A DNA stretch of 64,000 nt from a virus. Below, piece by piece: positions 29,603 to 40,019 of the stretch; within the stretch, counting starts at the first letter, position 1; each line of letters begins with the position of its first letter. The notes under the pieces were generated by a model. The model did not search any database, was not told where the DNA came from, and saw only the letters and a list, made by a program, of their open reading frames with translations. Location: positions 8,127 through 72,126 of IMG/VR virus record IMGVR_UViG_3300022752_000055; one strand, given 5' to 3'. Position numbers and translations under genes: made by a program.

Positions 29603-30181
29603 CTATTTAACTTCTTCATCTTTTTTTATTTTTAAATCACCCAAACTACTATTAGCAAGTTGGTCATCAAAATCCTTATACCCAAGAGATTGTGCGTATT
29701 CGTCATTCTTCTTTTTATAGAACTCCCTTTTGGTTTCGTTATCATTTAACTTATCTTCCGGTATTCCAAGTTCTTCAGCAACCGCCGCACGACATTGAGC
29801 CATAGTTCCCATCTCTATATTGATTGGTAAATCAGTTTCTATATTCTCTATGAACTGCTCAAATTGGTTTGCGGCTTCAAATGGCATACAATACACACCC
29901 TCATCTACCTGATAACCACTATCGTTCTGTCTATCGAATATCTCAACCCTACCCATTCTATATCTTTCTCCAAGCAAACTATACACACCATACCCTACGG
30001 TAGAATAATAATACCTACCTGAACGATTACTCTCATCCATATTAACACAACCCGGGTTTACTTCCATATAACCGGCAAGTTCGTTAGCCAAATACTCATT
30101 GGTGAGTTCTATACCATCCCTTTCAGCTTTGCGAGTGATGTTCTCTAAAAACCATTTTATATCTTGTCTTTTAACTTTCAT
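29603..30181 (-). CDS. hypothetical protein
   Basis: 192-aa ORF; TATATTTG at 30186-30193. Confidence 0.8.
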   Translation of the reverse strand: MKVKRQDIKWFLENITRKAERDGIELTNEYLANELAGYMEVNPGCVNMDESNRSGRYYYSTVGYGVYSLLGERYRMGRVEIFDRQNDSGYQVDEGVYCMPFEAANQFEQFIENIETDLPINIEMGTMAQCRAAVAEELGIPEDKLNDNETKREFYKKKNDEYAQSLGYKDFDDQLANSSLGDLKIKKDEEVK

Positions 30182-30338
30182 AGGGCAAATATAATACTAT
30201 TTTTTGGATTTTGGAAATAATTTTAAAAGAATAAACATAATCCCAAATGGTATTAAACAACTTATAACGATACCAAGTAAACCTAATAATAAATTTTTCA
30301 CATATAATATATAGTTATTTTTATTATATTTATAAAGT

Positions 30339-30680
30339 ATGAAATACCTCATTAACGAAAGTAAATTGGTAAAATTGATTGGGAAATATATAGAGGCAAG
30401 ATATCCTGAATTAATGAGGCTTGAATCTAGAAAAGTGTTCCATCAAGGAACCGGACATTACGGAAATATATTTTTTGACCCATCTCAAAGAAGTAATGTT
30501 TTTATGTATTGGTTTTATAATCCATATGATGTTAATTCCACTGAATTATTTCCCGAACTACAATTAAACGGAGAAATATTTAACGATATTGAAGAGACAT
30601 TTGGTGAGGAAAATATGGGATATGTCCTTGATTGGTTTAATAAAACTTTTGGATTGGAAGCACAGAGTATAACATTTTAA
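30339..30680 (+). CDS. leader/paralog family protein
   Basis: MKYLINESKL leader; WFNKTFGL end. Confidence 0.8.
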   Translation: MKYLINESKLVKLIGKYIEARYPELMRLESRKVFHQGTGHYGNIFFDPSQRSNVFMYWFYNPYDVNSTELFPELQLNGEIFNDIEETFGEENMGYVLDWFNKTFGLEAQSITF

Positions 30681-30682
30681 TT

Positions 30683-31048
30683 ATGAATGAAGAACAAAAA
30701 ACTAAATTTAAGAAATTAGTTCAAAAACTTACCAATGAAGTTTTAGTTGAAATGAAAGAACATTTTGAAAATACTGATGTTCCAGCACCTTGGATGCATG
30801 ATTCTCTTGATGAGGATGAAGTTAATGCAATTAAAAAAATAATTATTTTAGATGTTTGGGAAAGTAGATTAACCGATTATTACAAGTTTGAAGTAAAAGT
30901 CATTCTTGATGGTAAAAAAATTACTCGTATGTTTGACCCTGTAGATACACTTGACTCTATAGATTACAGGTTGCTAGAAATTACAGGATTAAAAATTTAC
31001 TTATATAGCGAAGAGGTTGAATCCGAAGATTTTAACCCTCAATTCTAA
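30683..31048 (+). CDS. hypothetical protein
   Basis: MNEEQ partial leader. Confidence 0.75.
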   Translation: MNEEQKTKFKKLVQKLTNEVLVEMKEHFENTDVPAPWMHDSLDEDEVNAIKKIIILDVWESRLTDYYKFEVKVILDGKKITRMFDPVDTLDSIDYRLLEITGLKIYLYSEEVESEDFNPQF

Positions 31049-31348
31049 TTAAACAATACCCGCAACTGATACTGTTCTTATTGGATTTTCCCCATCTATT
31101 TGACTATGAAAATACTTTTTCGCTGCTGGTTTTATATACTTCATCGCATCCCAAGGTAAGATGTCTCTACAAGTATCAATAATGCTTGTATCTATATAAA
31201 GTTCCTTATGATTTTTAACATAACAGAATATAATTTTTTCGTCCTTATCTTGAATATTAATTTGAGTGTCTGACTCATTATAAGAATCCGCAAAACCCTC
31301 AAATATTTTTTCAATAATCCTTATATAATGTTTCTCGTCTTTATCCAT
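31049..31348 (-). CDS. hypothetical protein
   Basis: 99-aa ORF coupled to the upstream gene. Confidence 0.7.
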   Translation of the reverse strand: MDKDEKHYIRIIEKIFEGFADSYNESDTQINIQDKDEKIIFCYVKNHKELYIDTSIIDTCRDILPWDAMKYIKPAAKKYFHSQIDGENPIRTVSVAGIV

Positions 31349-32111
31349 TTTTTAACTTTATTGAATTAGGTTTTTTAGTTGCAAAATATCTAGAAACGTC
31401 CCTATGTTTTAATATCGGAGTTGTTGGTTTAATTATTTTTAATTTTCCATCATTCATTACGGCACCGGTTAAAGCATATCTTGGTAACACATTAACCCAT
31501 ATATTTAAACTATCGGGATACAACGACTTATCAGACATAAGAATGTCAACATCACTTAATACTGCCAAGTACATTAATTTACCATATCCCATACCTTTTA
31601 TATCTGAGTCAATTTTGGATAATGAAACTGAATAAGACTTTTCTGTTAATGATATTGCACCAAGATAATCATCTTCAAACCTTTTATTTAAATAAATAGA
31701 ACCAACGCACATTTCAAGTTCAGGGTCAAAAAAAAAATATTGTTTATCATTACCATATTTTTTAATATAACATTCCAACTCACCCAACATTTTAATTTTT
31801 AAGAATTTTTTTGCCATAAAATAAGCCATGTTGGAAAGAACCTCAGGTTTTTTTAATTCCTCAGACATATCATCGGTGTCGTCATACTGAGCAGCTCTAG
31901 CATAATCTTTTACATCTCGTTTCTTAAATTTTTTTTGATAACCTAAAACTTTTTTAACATATTCTTTTACCGAATTATTATATTCCTTATGGTTATCACC
32001 AATAACAATATCAAGTATGTCTTTATATGTAGGGCTCACCCTCATAACACCATCAAAAATGGTAATCTCATTAATCTTTTTATATTGTTGTTCGGTTATA
32101 ATGTATTTCAC
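31341..32111 (-). CDS. leader-bearing protein with GNAT-like C-terminus
   Basis: KYIITEQQ leader (GTG start); KGMGYGKLMY..LMSD..IW. Confidence 0.65.
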   Translation of the reverse strand: MKYIITEQQYKKINEITIFDGVMRVSPTYKDILDIVIGDNHKEYNNSVKEYVKKVLGYQKKFKKRDVKDYARAAQYDDTDDMSEELKKPEVLSNMAYFMAKKFLKIKMLGELECYIKKYGNDKQYFFFDPELEMCVGSIYLNKRFEDDYLGAISLTEKSYSVSLSKIDSDIKGMGYGKLMYLAVLSDVDILMSDKSLYPDSLNIWVNVLPRYALTGAVMNDGKLKIIKPTTPILKHRDVSRYFATKKPNSIKLKNG

Positions 32112-32116
32112 TTAAG

Positions 32117-35100
32117 TTAGTTTTTATAAAACGTGATTGATTTTCCGTAAGTCGATGCGTAATAAATTCCTCTTGGTAATTCACTAACATTTATTGTGGT
32201 ACCATTAGCAACATAACTAATATTTCTAACAATACTACCCAACACATTAGTAATAACCATATTACCAGGGATAGTTGATTTTATATAAATTTTATTCTTA
32301 TTTGAAATATAGTAAAAACTTGATATTATGTCATTGGTACAAGCTCTTTGAATACTGTCAATTGGTGGTACCCCTACACATCCTATAGTTGATAAAACAT
32401 ATCTTCTTGTTTGATAACTACCATTACAAGGCGACCATGGTTCGTACGTAAAAGTACACGGTGTTACTGCAACAGTACTGTATTTTTGATATATACCTAT
32501 TGATGGTGTAGACGGAACTAAATTTCCTACAAAGTCTCTGGTAAGACCAACATTCACACCTCCGGTGGCTGCATAACAAGTGTCACTTAAAATATTCATA
32601 TCCCAATTTTGGGGATATATACTAGAACTATCAACAATAAATTTGCTGTTGATTATTCTCTCACCGGTTGCCAAACTAGTATTGGGGCCTAACGATGTTG
32701 GAGTAAAAGTTCCAACCGCTCCCTGATACCCACTAACCAAATGGTAGATATTATTTCCGTAAAAAATCTTACCTCTCTCAGATTGTGAGTATTTAGCGTA
32801 AAACCCGTTGTTAATCCAAAATACATTGTTTCTAATGTCGAATACTGTATCCGCAAATTGATTGGTTGTTGAACCAGCAGCAATCGGTCTCCAAGCGTTT
32901 TGAAAATTCTGTTCTGCCGGATACCGAGTTGATTTGTTAATTGGGTACGGAGGCCAAAATATAAATCCTGTATTTGCATATGTTTGACCGTCCCCTAAAG
33001 CATCTCCACCTGCATTATAACCACTCATACGAGACATTGAACCTTCAACAAAGAAGTTATTCCAAAAACGTAAATTTTTAACCTGTGTTGCGTATGTTCC
33101 TGTTGTATTAACATATGCGATGTTACTACAATTGATAAATTTATTATAACAAATTGTGTCATCATCCGGTCCTTGTATACCACCGGGTAAGTTAGTGCCA
33201 AACTCCATACCACCACTACAATCTATGAATGTATTATATGCGATAAATGAACTATCAAAATTATTAATAGTTTCTATTGCACCACCTAATAAACCTGAAC
33301 TAGATGAGTTGGGGTTAGCGTACGCCCAAGAACCTGTAATTCTATTATTAGTAATTCTATATTTACTTCCAGACAATAACATTGGGTCAGCACCTATATC
33401 GGCATTACCTAATGTATCTGTTATCCATCCGGTAGATTTAAAGTTACTGAATTTGTTATTAGATATTTCAAACCCACTAACAAAAGACACAATCCCGTAA
33501 GCAATATTACTAAAATTACAATTTGTTACTTTAATGTTATTACACTTACATCCATCACTTCCACTACAATAACCACTATCACCAAACCAAAGACCAGCAC
33601 AAGTATAAGCTCCTGACCTTTTATCGTTAACAGGAAATCTAGTGTCGTTGAATTGAATACCATCAATTACAATCCAACTAACATTAGCGAATGCTAATAC
33701 ATTTTTCTCATTAGATTTAACTGTGCTTGGATATGGGTATAATAAATTTGGCCCTTCCAATGACATATTTCCGTAATAGGTAAATACGATTGGATTGGTT
33801 GCAGTCCCGGATGGAAAGTTTCTACCTTCATATCCACCACCATACCATTTAACCGAGCCGGTTGTACTATATTCAGTACCATTTGCAAATACTTCTCCTC
33901 TTTTAAATGCAAATGTATCACCCGCCAATGCAATACCACTTAAAGTATTTAATTTCGCCAAGGTCTTCCAAGGTGTTGCAGGATTTTGTGCCTGTGTTAC
34001 TGTGTAACTATCACTACCTGTGTTACTGAAATAAAATTTTCTACCTCTTGTTGTTGGTGATGTGCATGTTCTTGTTAAACTATCAGTTGGAGGAACTCCC
34101 GTACAACCAACCGGAGTAGATGTATATGTTCTTGTTTGAGTTCCGTTAATACAGGTACTCCAAGTTCCGTATGTGAAAGTACAAGGTGTTGGAGTAACAG
34201 AATTGTATTGATAAATTCCTATTGAAGGAGTTATTCCAACTGTATTACCACCAAAATCTCTTGTTAATCCTACATTCGCACCACTATTAATTGCCGGTGA
34301 TGTGCTTGTTAATCTATAATCCCAATTTAAAGGATTTGTATTTGTTGTATTCACCCAAATAGTTCCTGATGTGGAAATCTCGGTACCATCTAATGTAAAG
34401 TTAGTAACACTACCATTAGATAGTTTGTATATGTTGTTAGTGTGAGTTAAATTAGTACCATTTAATTGTCCGCTTCTTGTTAAAGATAAACCATTAGACG
34501 CCTGAATTATATTATTCTTGAGTACTATAATTCCAGCTGTAGCATCCGATGTTGCTAAAGAAAACATAATACCACTACTACCTGCAGGGTTTGTATTAGG
34601 GACAGTTTGTAACATTACATTATTATAAAATTGTAAGTTAACCACCTTTGTTCTATACTGTCCGTTGTTATTAATATAAACTACAGTGTTGTTATTAATA
34701 ATCTTGTTATAATATATTTTATTATTTTGAATTAAATTATTAGCAACTCCATCATTAGTACTACCAAATTCAAAAATACCATTACAGTCATAAAATGTAT
34801 TGTAAGCAATTATGTTATTTTCAATTACAGAACCTTCTTCAAAAAATTCTACACCTCCACCATCAAATGTATAATCATAACTAGCGGCATAACAATCATG
34901 AAAGTAGTTGTTAGTGACAGTATTATTTGAACTAGATAGTTGAACCGGAACTCCACCATAATCATCATCAGGATTAACCGATGTTGGTGTATTTCTTATC
35001 ATTCTAAGATTTCCTATGTCACACGAATCTACTGTGTTACCGTTATTTCCGGGTGGAAAATACACACCATAACCGGTTCTATCCATCCTACATTTTCTAA

Positions 35101-35545
35101 TAACTACACCCGTACATCCTTGATATGTAGCAAATACGTTTTGTATTTTGGCTTGTATATACCTATCAGTAAATGAGATGGTTGTATCACTAATGTTCCA
35201 ACCATAAAATGTTATGTTTGTACAGCCATTTAGCGTAATTAATACACTTATTGTTGAGTTTGTACCCCAAAATAATGGGTCGGCACCGGTTCCATAAGTA
35301 CCAAAGTAAATGTTAGATTTACTGTTTAATGTTAATGTACCTGTAAATTTACCACCTTTAGCAAATAAAACAGAATCACCATTAGCAACATTACTTTGTG
35401 CCTTAGATAATGTTTTCCAAGGTGTTGCCGGATTTTGAGCTTGTGTTGTTGTGTAAGTATCATTTCCTGATTCACTTACGTAGAATTTTCTTGCATTTGC
35501 CGTTATAGACAAAACAAGAAATAAACAAGTTAATAATTTTTTCAT
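32117..35545 (-). CDS. secreted parallel beta-helix protein with TSP1-like repeats and T9SS type-A C-terminal domain
   Basis: Signal peptide; two FY.S..G.D..PWKTL beta-helix modules; CTFTY..WS.C.G..QTR repeats; ITNVLG..INVSELPRGIY C-terminus. Confidence 0.8.
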   Translation of the reverse strand: MKKLLTCLFLVLSITANARKFYVSESGNDTYTTTQAQNPATPWKTLSKAQSNVANGDSVLFAKGGKFTGTLTLNSKSNIYFGTYGTGADPLFWGTNSTISVLITLNGCTNITFYGWNISDTTISFTDRYIQAKIQNVFATYQGCTGVVIRKCRMDRTGYGVYFPPGNNGNTVDSCDIGNLRMIRNTPTSVNPDDDYGGVPVQLSSSNNTVTNNYFHDCYAASYDYTFDGGGVEFFEEGSVIENNIIAYNTFYDCNGIFEFGSTNDGVANNLIQNNKIYYNKIINNNTVVYINNNGQYRTKVVNLQFYNNVMLQTVPNTNPAGSSGIMFSLATSDATAGIIVLKNNIIQASNGLSLTRSGQLNGTNLTHTNNIYKLSNGSVTNFTLDGTEISTSGTIWVNTTNTNPLNWDYRLTSTSPAINSGANVGLTRDFGGNTVGITPSIGIYQYNSVTPTPCTFTYGTWSTCINGTQTRTYTSTPVGCTGVPPTDSLTRTCTSPTTRGRKFYFSNTGSDSYTVTQAQNPATPWKTLAKLNTLSGIALAGDTFAFKRGEVFANGTEYSTTGSVKWYGGGYEGRNFPSGTATNPIVFTYYGNMSLEGPNLLYPYPSTVKSNEKNVLAFANVSWIVIDGIQFNDTRFPVNDKRSGAYTCAGLWFGDSGYCSGSDGCKCNNIKVTNCNFSNIAYGIVSFVSGFEISNNKFSNFKSTGWITDTLGNADIGADPMLLSGSKYRITNNRITGSWAYANPNSSSSGLLGGAIETINNFDSSFIAYNTFIDCSGGMEFGTNLPGGIQGPDDDTICYNKFINCSNIAYVNTTGTYATQVKNLRFWNNFFVEGSMSRMSGYNAGGDALGDGQTYANTGFIFWPPYPINKSTRYPAEQNFQNAWRPIAAGSTTNQFADTVFDIRNNVFWINNGFYAKYSQSERGKIFYGNNIYHLVSGYQGAVGTFTPTSLGPNTSLATGERIINSKFIVDSSSIYPQNWDMNILSDTCYAATGGVNVGLTRDFVGNLVPSTPSIGIYQKYSTVAVTPCTFTYEPWSPCNGSYQTRRYVLSTIGCVGVPPIDSIQRACTNDIISSFYYISNKNKIYIKSTIPGNMVITNVLGSIVRNISYVANGTTINVSELPRGIYYASTYGKSITFYKN

Positions 35546-35588
35546 TTTTTTAATTTTTTATATACAGTTAAAAATCGTGCCAGTTTTT

Positions 35589-36083
35589 TTAAAAATCTAT
35601 TCCTTCAACAAATACTGGAAGTCCAATATTTGGTTCCCAATTTTCTTTTATGTGCTCCATTACTTTCATTAATGAATCTGCGGAGTCTCCCTCATCAATT
35701 CCTTCAACAAGTATTTCATCCTTTTCTTTTGGAGTTACCAACTTTATCTTATTTCCGTTTTCAAAATATTCAAACCCATATCCATCTTCATCAATTATAT
35801 TACTTACTTGAAATGAATTATCGTCAAGTATCATAATATCTCTATAATCAATAAGGTCAGCATTAATGAGTCTTGACATTGCTTCATTTGAAAAAATTAT
35901 TTCTTCAGCATCATCCGAAGGTTGTTCTTCTGTTTCAAATTCTTCATCAGGATTTTTAAGTATATGCAATTCTTCGGGAGTTAAAGAATCCTTACCAAAC
36001 TCATACATTTTATCTAAGATTCTATCAACCTCTTCTTGGTTAATTAATTTCTTATATTGTTCTTCTGTTATTATAATTTTCAT
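35589..36083 (-). CDS. leader-bearing protein
   Basis: MKIIITEEQ; VDRILDKM..G.DSLTPEE motif. Confidence 0.75.
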   Translation of the reverse strand: MKIIITEEQYKKLINQEEVDRILDKMYEFGKDSLTPEELHILKNPDEEFETEEQPSDDAEEIIFSNEAMSRLINADLIDYRDIMILDDNSFQVSNIIDEDGYGFEYFENGNKIKLVTPKEKDEILVEGIDEGDSADSLMKVMEHIKENWEPNIGLPVFVEGIDF

Positions 36084-36095
36084 ATTTAATAAGTA

Positions 36096-36662
36096 TTACG
36101 GAATGTAAACTCTTACATTTTTATATCCTTTAGATGCTAAATAATCTTTGGCAAGGTTTTTAATTGAAAATTTAACCCTTTGACTATTATATGCATCTTT
36201 TTTTAAAATAATTTTAATCTCCATTTCATATTTGGTGGTTAAATCAAATCTAATTGAATGAATGCTCTCACCTTCACCGGTTGATTTCATATATTTTTTT
36301 AAATCTTTAAGAAATTTCTCTCCAAATTCTTTTTTATTTATATAAGTTGTAAAAATGTGAAATCTATCAATTCCAATAGATTCGGCAATGTCGTCAAATT
36401 TTGTATCTGCTTCTTTTATGTGGGAGTAATCGCCTTTTGCATATCTTTCGGCATCAATATCCATAGATAAATCTAACTCATTCCTACTTTTATTATTTTC
36501 CAAATCCTTAAACTCATTATATGAGGAAAGTTTTAGTTCATCGTTGGGGAACTCTCTTCTAATTTCCTTCATAAAAACTTTAACATTTCTTGGGAGGTCA
36601 GATTCATCTCTATATACACTATGCTCTAATGTATTGTTATGTGTGTAAAAAATAGTTGGCAT
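36096..36662 (-). CDS. hypothetical protein
   Basis: 188-aa ORF; TATTTAT upstream. Confidence 0.75.
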   Translation of the reverse strand: MPTIFYTHNNTLEHSVYRDESDLPRNVKVFMKEIRREFPNDELKLSSYNEFKDLENNKSRNELDLSMDIDAERYAKGDYSHIKEADTKFDDIAESIGIDRFHIFTTYINKKEFGEKFLKDLKKYMKSTGEGESIHSIRFDLTTKYEMEIKIILKKDAYNSQRVKFSIKNLAKDYLASKGYKNVRVYIP

Positions 36663-36674
36663 AATTAATAAATA

Positions 36675-37073
36675 TTAACCCGCAATTGTTTTAACGGGAA
36701 GTTCAAATGTTTTCTCAAACCATATTTTAAATCCTGGCTTCCATTCTCCTCTACCAAAAGTTGAATTTAAAGTTTCAACAAGGTCATTTCTAATAATTTC
36801 AATTAGTGGTGCCTTTTCCGCCCAATTATTAATCATATTAATGTTACTTTCGGGGTCAAGACTTTCATAATATTCTTTAAATATATATTCAAAAAGTGGT
36901 TCGTATTCAATATTATTTTTATAATCATCATCATAAAACATAATGAGATTATCATCCATACTCTCTGTTTCATAGTTAAATGAAGATTCATTATATATCC
37001 CATCTTTAAACAAATGTTCCAAGAATAAAACAACCACCTTATTTAATCTATTTTCTGTAATAATGTATTTCAT
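36675..37073 (-). CDS. leader/paralog family protein
   Basis: MKYIITENRL; WFEKTFELPVKTI end. Confidence 0.8.
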   Translation of the reverse strand: MKYIITENRLNKVVVLFLEHLFKDGIYNESSFNYETESMDDNLIMFYDDDYKNNIEYEPLFEYIFKEYYESLDPESNINMINNWAEKAPLIEIIRNDLVETLNSTFGRGEWKPGFKIWFEKTFELPVKTIAG

Positions 37074-37077
37074 AATT

Positions 37078-37341
37078 TTATGCGGTGTTAACCCATATTA
37101 TTCTATAATTAAATACTTCCCCTGTATAATCCAAAATTTCATCTATATAATCTTGAATATCATCTTCCTGTTCCTGTTCGGTTCCGTCAACATAAATTGT
37201 TACGTTAAACAAACCATTTATAAGAGAATAAGATTCGCTCACATCTTTAGTCTCAACTTTTTCAACCTCATAGAATTTTTCCGGCAACATAGTTGACAAT
37301 AGTTTCTTAAACATTTTATATTTTTGTTCTATACTCATCAT
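37078..37341 (-). CDS. hypothetical protein
   Basis: 87-aa ORF in operon. Confidence 0.7.
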   Translation of the reverse strand: MMSIEQKYKMFKKLLSTMLPEKFYEVEKVETKDVSESYSLINGLFNVTIYVDGTEQEQEDDIQDYIDEILDYTGEVFNYRIIWVNTA

Positions 37342-37646
37342 ATTATTTTTCCAATTATAACCTCAGGATATTTTTTATTTAGGTATCTTATCATAGATTG
37401 ATTCAATTCTTGTTGGGTTATGTCAAGAATTGAATTTGCATCACCAAAGATTGGTCCATGTGAAAACCATACTCCATCATCATCATTCATAGGATGTCCC
37501 ACAAGCATATTTTCATCATCAAAAATACCAACCCATGTATCACCAAATTCCATTTCTTCTTCACCATAAAAAGAATCTTTAAATCTATCATCAAAATAAC
37601 GAAACATTATTTTATCAATCTGCTTATCAGTTAATTCATTTCCCAT
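37338..37646 (-). CDS. paralog family protein
   Basis: LTDKQIDKIMFRYFD start; TATTTAT upstream. Confidence 0.75.
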   Translation of the reverse strand: MGNELTDKQIDKIMFRYFDDRFKDSFYGEEEMEFGDTWVGIFDDENMLVGHPMNDDDGVWFSHGPIFGDANSILDITQQELNQSMIRYLNKKYPEVIIGKII

Positions 37647-37671
37647 AACAATAAATATAATAAAGATAAAA

Positions 37672-37700
37672 TAAAAAACCCCACTTTAAGGGTGGGGTTA
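37672..37700 (-). terminator. intrinsic terminator
   Basis: AACCCCAC...GTGGGGTT hairpin with a T run on the minus strand. Confidence 0.6.
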
Positions 37701-37719
37701 TATAGTTTAAAATGTTTTA

Positions 37720-38265
37720 TTATAGATATTTGTGCCCTTGTTTAACGTTTTGAGGACTTGGTTCATCTTCTGGTTGTGCTTGATGCATAATTGGTGGTAA
37801 TTTTTTACACCAATTTGCCTCAATAGAATCCACCAAACCTTTACTTAAAGTACCATGATGAGTAATTCCGGATTTAAAAGAATCAATATTTTTCATTGAA
37901 ACAAATTCAGCTTCCCTAGTTATTGGAAGGTCTTTTTCAGGTATTGAAGAAGTTTTACATTTATAGATTATGGTAAAATCTATGTTATCTACGCTAGGGT
38001 TAAAACCTCCACCGTCGGCCAACCTACCTTTCTTAGCAGTAATTGATACCATTCTTGGTGTGTCGTATAACTCAAATTTTCCGGAAATATTAGTTATCAT
38101 ATATTGAATAATATCTTTACCCATAAAAAATGTTGATGTTGCATCTTTTAATTCAGCATTTAAATTATCATTTAAACTCTTAACATCTATATCTTGTTCC
38201 ATAATAATTCTTCTAACCAATCTTGTTAAATCATTTTCTGTTAATCTTACAATTCTTTTTACCAT
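37720..38265 (-). CDS. leader-bearing protein
   Basis: MVKRIVRLTENDLTRLVRRIIME. Confidence 0.8.
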   Translation of the reverse strand: MVKRIVRLTENDLTRLVRRIIMEQDIDVKSLNDNLNAELKDATSTFFMGKDIIQYMITNISGKFELYDTPRMVSITAKKGRLADGGGFNPSVDNIDFTIIYKCKTSSIPEKDLPITREAEFVSMKNIDSFKSGITHHGTLSKGLVDSIEANWCKKLPPIMHQAQPEDEPSPQNVKQGHKYL

Positions 38266-38299
38266 AATATATTTTTATTTATAAATATATGGATATTCA

Positions 38300-38662
38300 C
38301 TAATGATTAAACGAAGGTGGAATAAATTTCATTAAATCTCTAACTTTTTTCATATCATGTTTATCGGCAAACCATTCCTTAATATATATCATTGATTCAT
38401 TGCCATCCATAGAAAAAAAACTTGACACCATATTACACAACTCGTTTCCCCTATATATTTTTATGCGTTCACCATCGTTCCAAACATTAAAAGATAATAT
38501 GAGGGTTCGGTTATTTGAATATATGTAATATAATGTTGCCAAATCACTTTTAAAATTTAATGGGTTAAATCGCAATTGTTTTGATTTTTCGCAAATCACA
38601 CCATCACCAACATATGAATCCAAAAATTTAAAAATTACCTTATACATTTTATCTTTTACCAT
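38300..38662 (-). CDS. leaderless paralog family protein
   Basis: KDK..IFKFLD..SSFFSMD..IKEWF resembles the 29154 gene; TATATTTG at 38670-38677. Confidence 0.7.
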   Translation of the reverse strand: MVKDKMYKVIFKFLDSYVGDGVICEKSKQLRFNPLNFKSDLATLYYIYSNNRTLILSFNVWNDGERIKIYRGNELCNMVSSFFSMDGNESMIYIKEWFADKHDMKKVRDLMKFIPPSFNH

Positions 38663-38949
38663 AATAAAGCAAATATAATAAAACATAATTAAACCATCAA
38701 AAAAAGGGGCGGGGGGATTAAACCGACCGAAGGGAGGGGACGAAGTCCGGCGGTCAAGAAATAAACAATAAATTAATATTGTTTTACGCATTCCAAACAT
38801 ATTTATAAATGATGAAAAAAATTAAAAGAAAACATTTAAGAAAAAAACTATTATTAATGCTACATAAGGGCATTAAATTCAAAGGGGAAAGCATCGCGAG
38901 AACCACCGGGTTATTATAAAAAAACCCCTCCGGTAAATAGGGGGGATAG

Positions 38950-39537
38950 TTATTTTGATTTCATATACTTAGCATATCCTTTCCGGATTTTATTGGTGAA
39001 ATGTTTTGAAAGTTCAAAAAATCCTTCAACATCATCGACCTCACCATTTTCATCTTCATACATAGTTAAAGTACGCCACTCAATCTCCCCTCTATAATCC
39101 TTATAATCTTCGGCGTCAAATTCATTGGGGGTGGTTTCAGATATTGCAGTATCTAAAAACTCTTCAAAAATTTTAATTCTCCTTCTATAAAAAGTATCAA
39201 CGGATTCAGTTATATCATCGTCATCATAAAATTCCATAACCCCATCATAATAACTTTCAATATCATCCCAATAGGTTTTTAAAATATATTCCATAAGTTC
39301 ATCAAGTTCTTTGGGGGTTAAATCTAAACCACACATATCAACAACTTTTAAAACAATTTCATCAGCATACTCGTCTAAACTATATTCTTCAGGGTCAGTC
39401 TCAGTAAGAGAATCATTAACATATTCATCAATGTTTTCCATTCTTCTCTTTATGAATAAACTCATATCTTCATTTATAATCTTTTTAACAATTCTATTTA
39501 AATCCGATTCAGTTAATCTTACTATTCTGTTTGCCAT
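38950..39537 (-). CDS. leader-bearing protein with two internal repeats
   Basis: RIVRLTESDL; duplicated F.RR....F....ET.P.E module. Confidence 0.8.
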   Translation of the reverse strand: MANRIVRLTESDLNRIVKKIINEDMSLFIKRRMENIDEYVNDSLTETDPEEYSLDEYADEIVLKVVDMCGLDLTPKELDELMEYILKTYWDDIESYYDGVMEFYDDDDITESVDTFYRRRIKIFEEFLDTAISETTPNEFDAEDYKDYRGEIEWRTLTMYEDENGEVDDVEGFFELSKHFTNKIRKGYAKYMKSK

Positions 39538-39628
39538 AATATATTTTTAATAATAAATATCTCATTATAATAAAAAACCCCCTCACTAATTGGGGGGGGA
39601 TTACGTTTATAAAATCTTTCCATATATA

Positions 39629-39901
39629 TTAACAATCTTCCTGTGAATTTATATAATATTGTTTTATATATTCTTCCTTATATTGTTTTATATAATCAAT
39701 AATATCATCACCATTAAGATTATTAAAATTAAACAAAATCAAAGCAATTTTTAAATCCTCCATCACCCCAAGATAAAAATGAGAATCATTTGAATAATCA
39801 CAAGGGCTAGTCGCATCTAATACCGTATCCAAAAATTTATCAATAAAATGTAATCTTCTTCTAAGTGAAAGATTTTGTTCTTCTGTAATAATATACCTCA
39901 T
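39629..39901 (-). CDS. leader-bearing protein
   Basis: MRYIITEEQ; LRRRL..ID..PCDY. Confidence 0.75.
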   Translation of the reverse strand: MRYIITEEQNLSLRRRLHFIDKFLDTVLDATSPCDYSNDSHFYLGVMEDLKIALILFNFNNLNGDDIIDYIKQYKEEYIKQYYINSQEDC

Positions 39902-40019
39902 ATCTCATAAATACAAAAAAATTCCAAAAATTTTTTTTTATATATGGGGGACTAATTTTAAGAAGGGGGTCGTGTTCTAGGAAATAAAAAACCCCTCATT
40001 AATTGGAGGGGGGGGTTAG

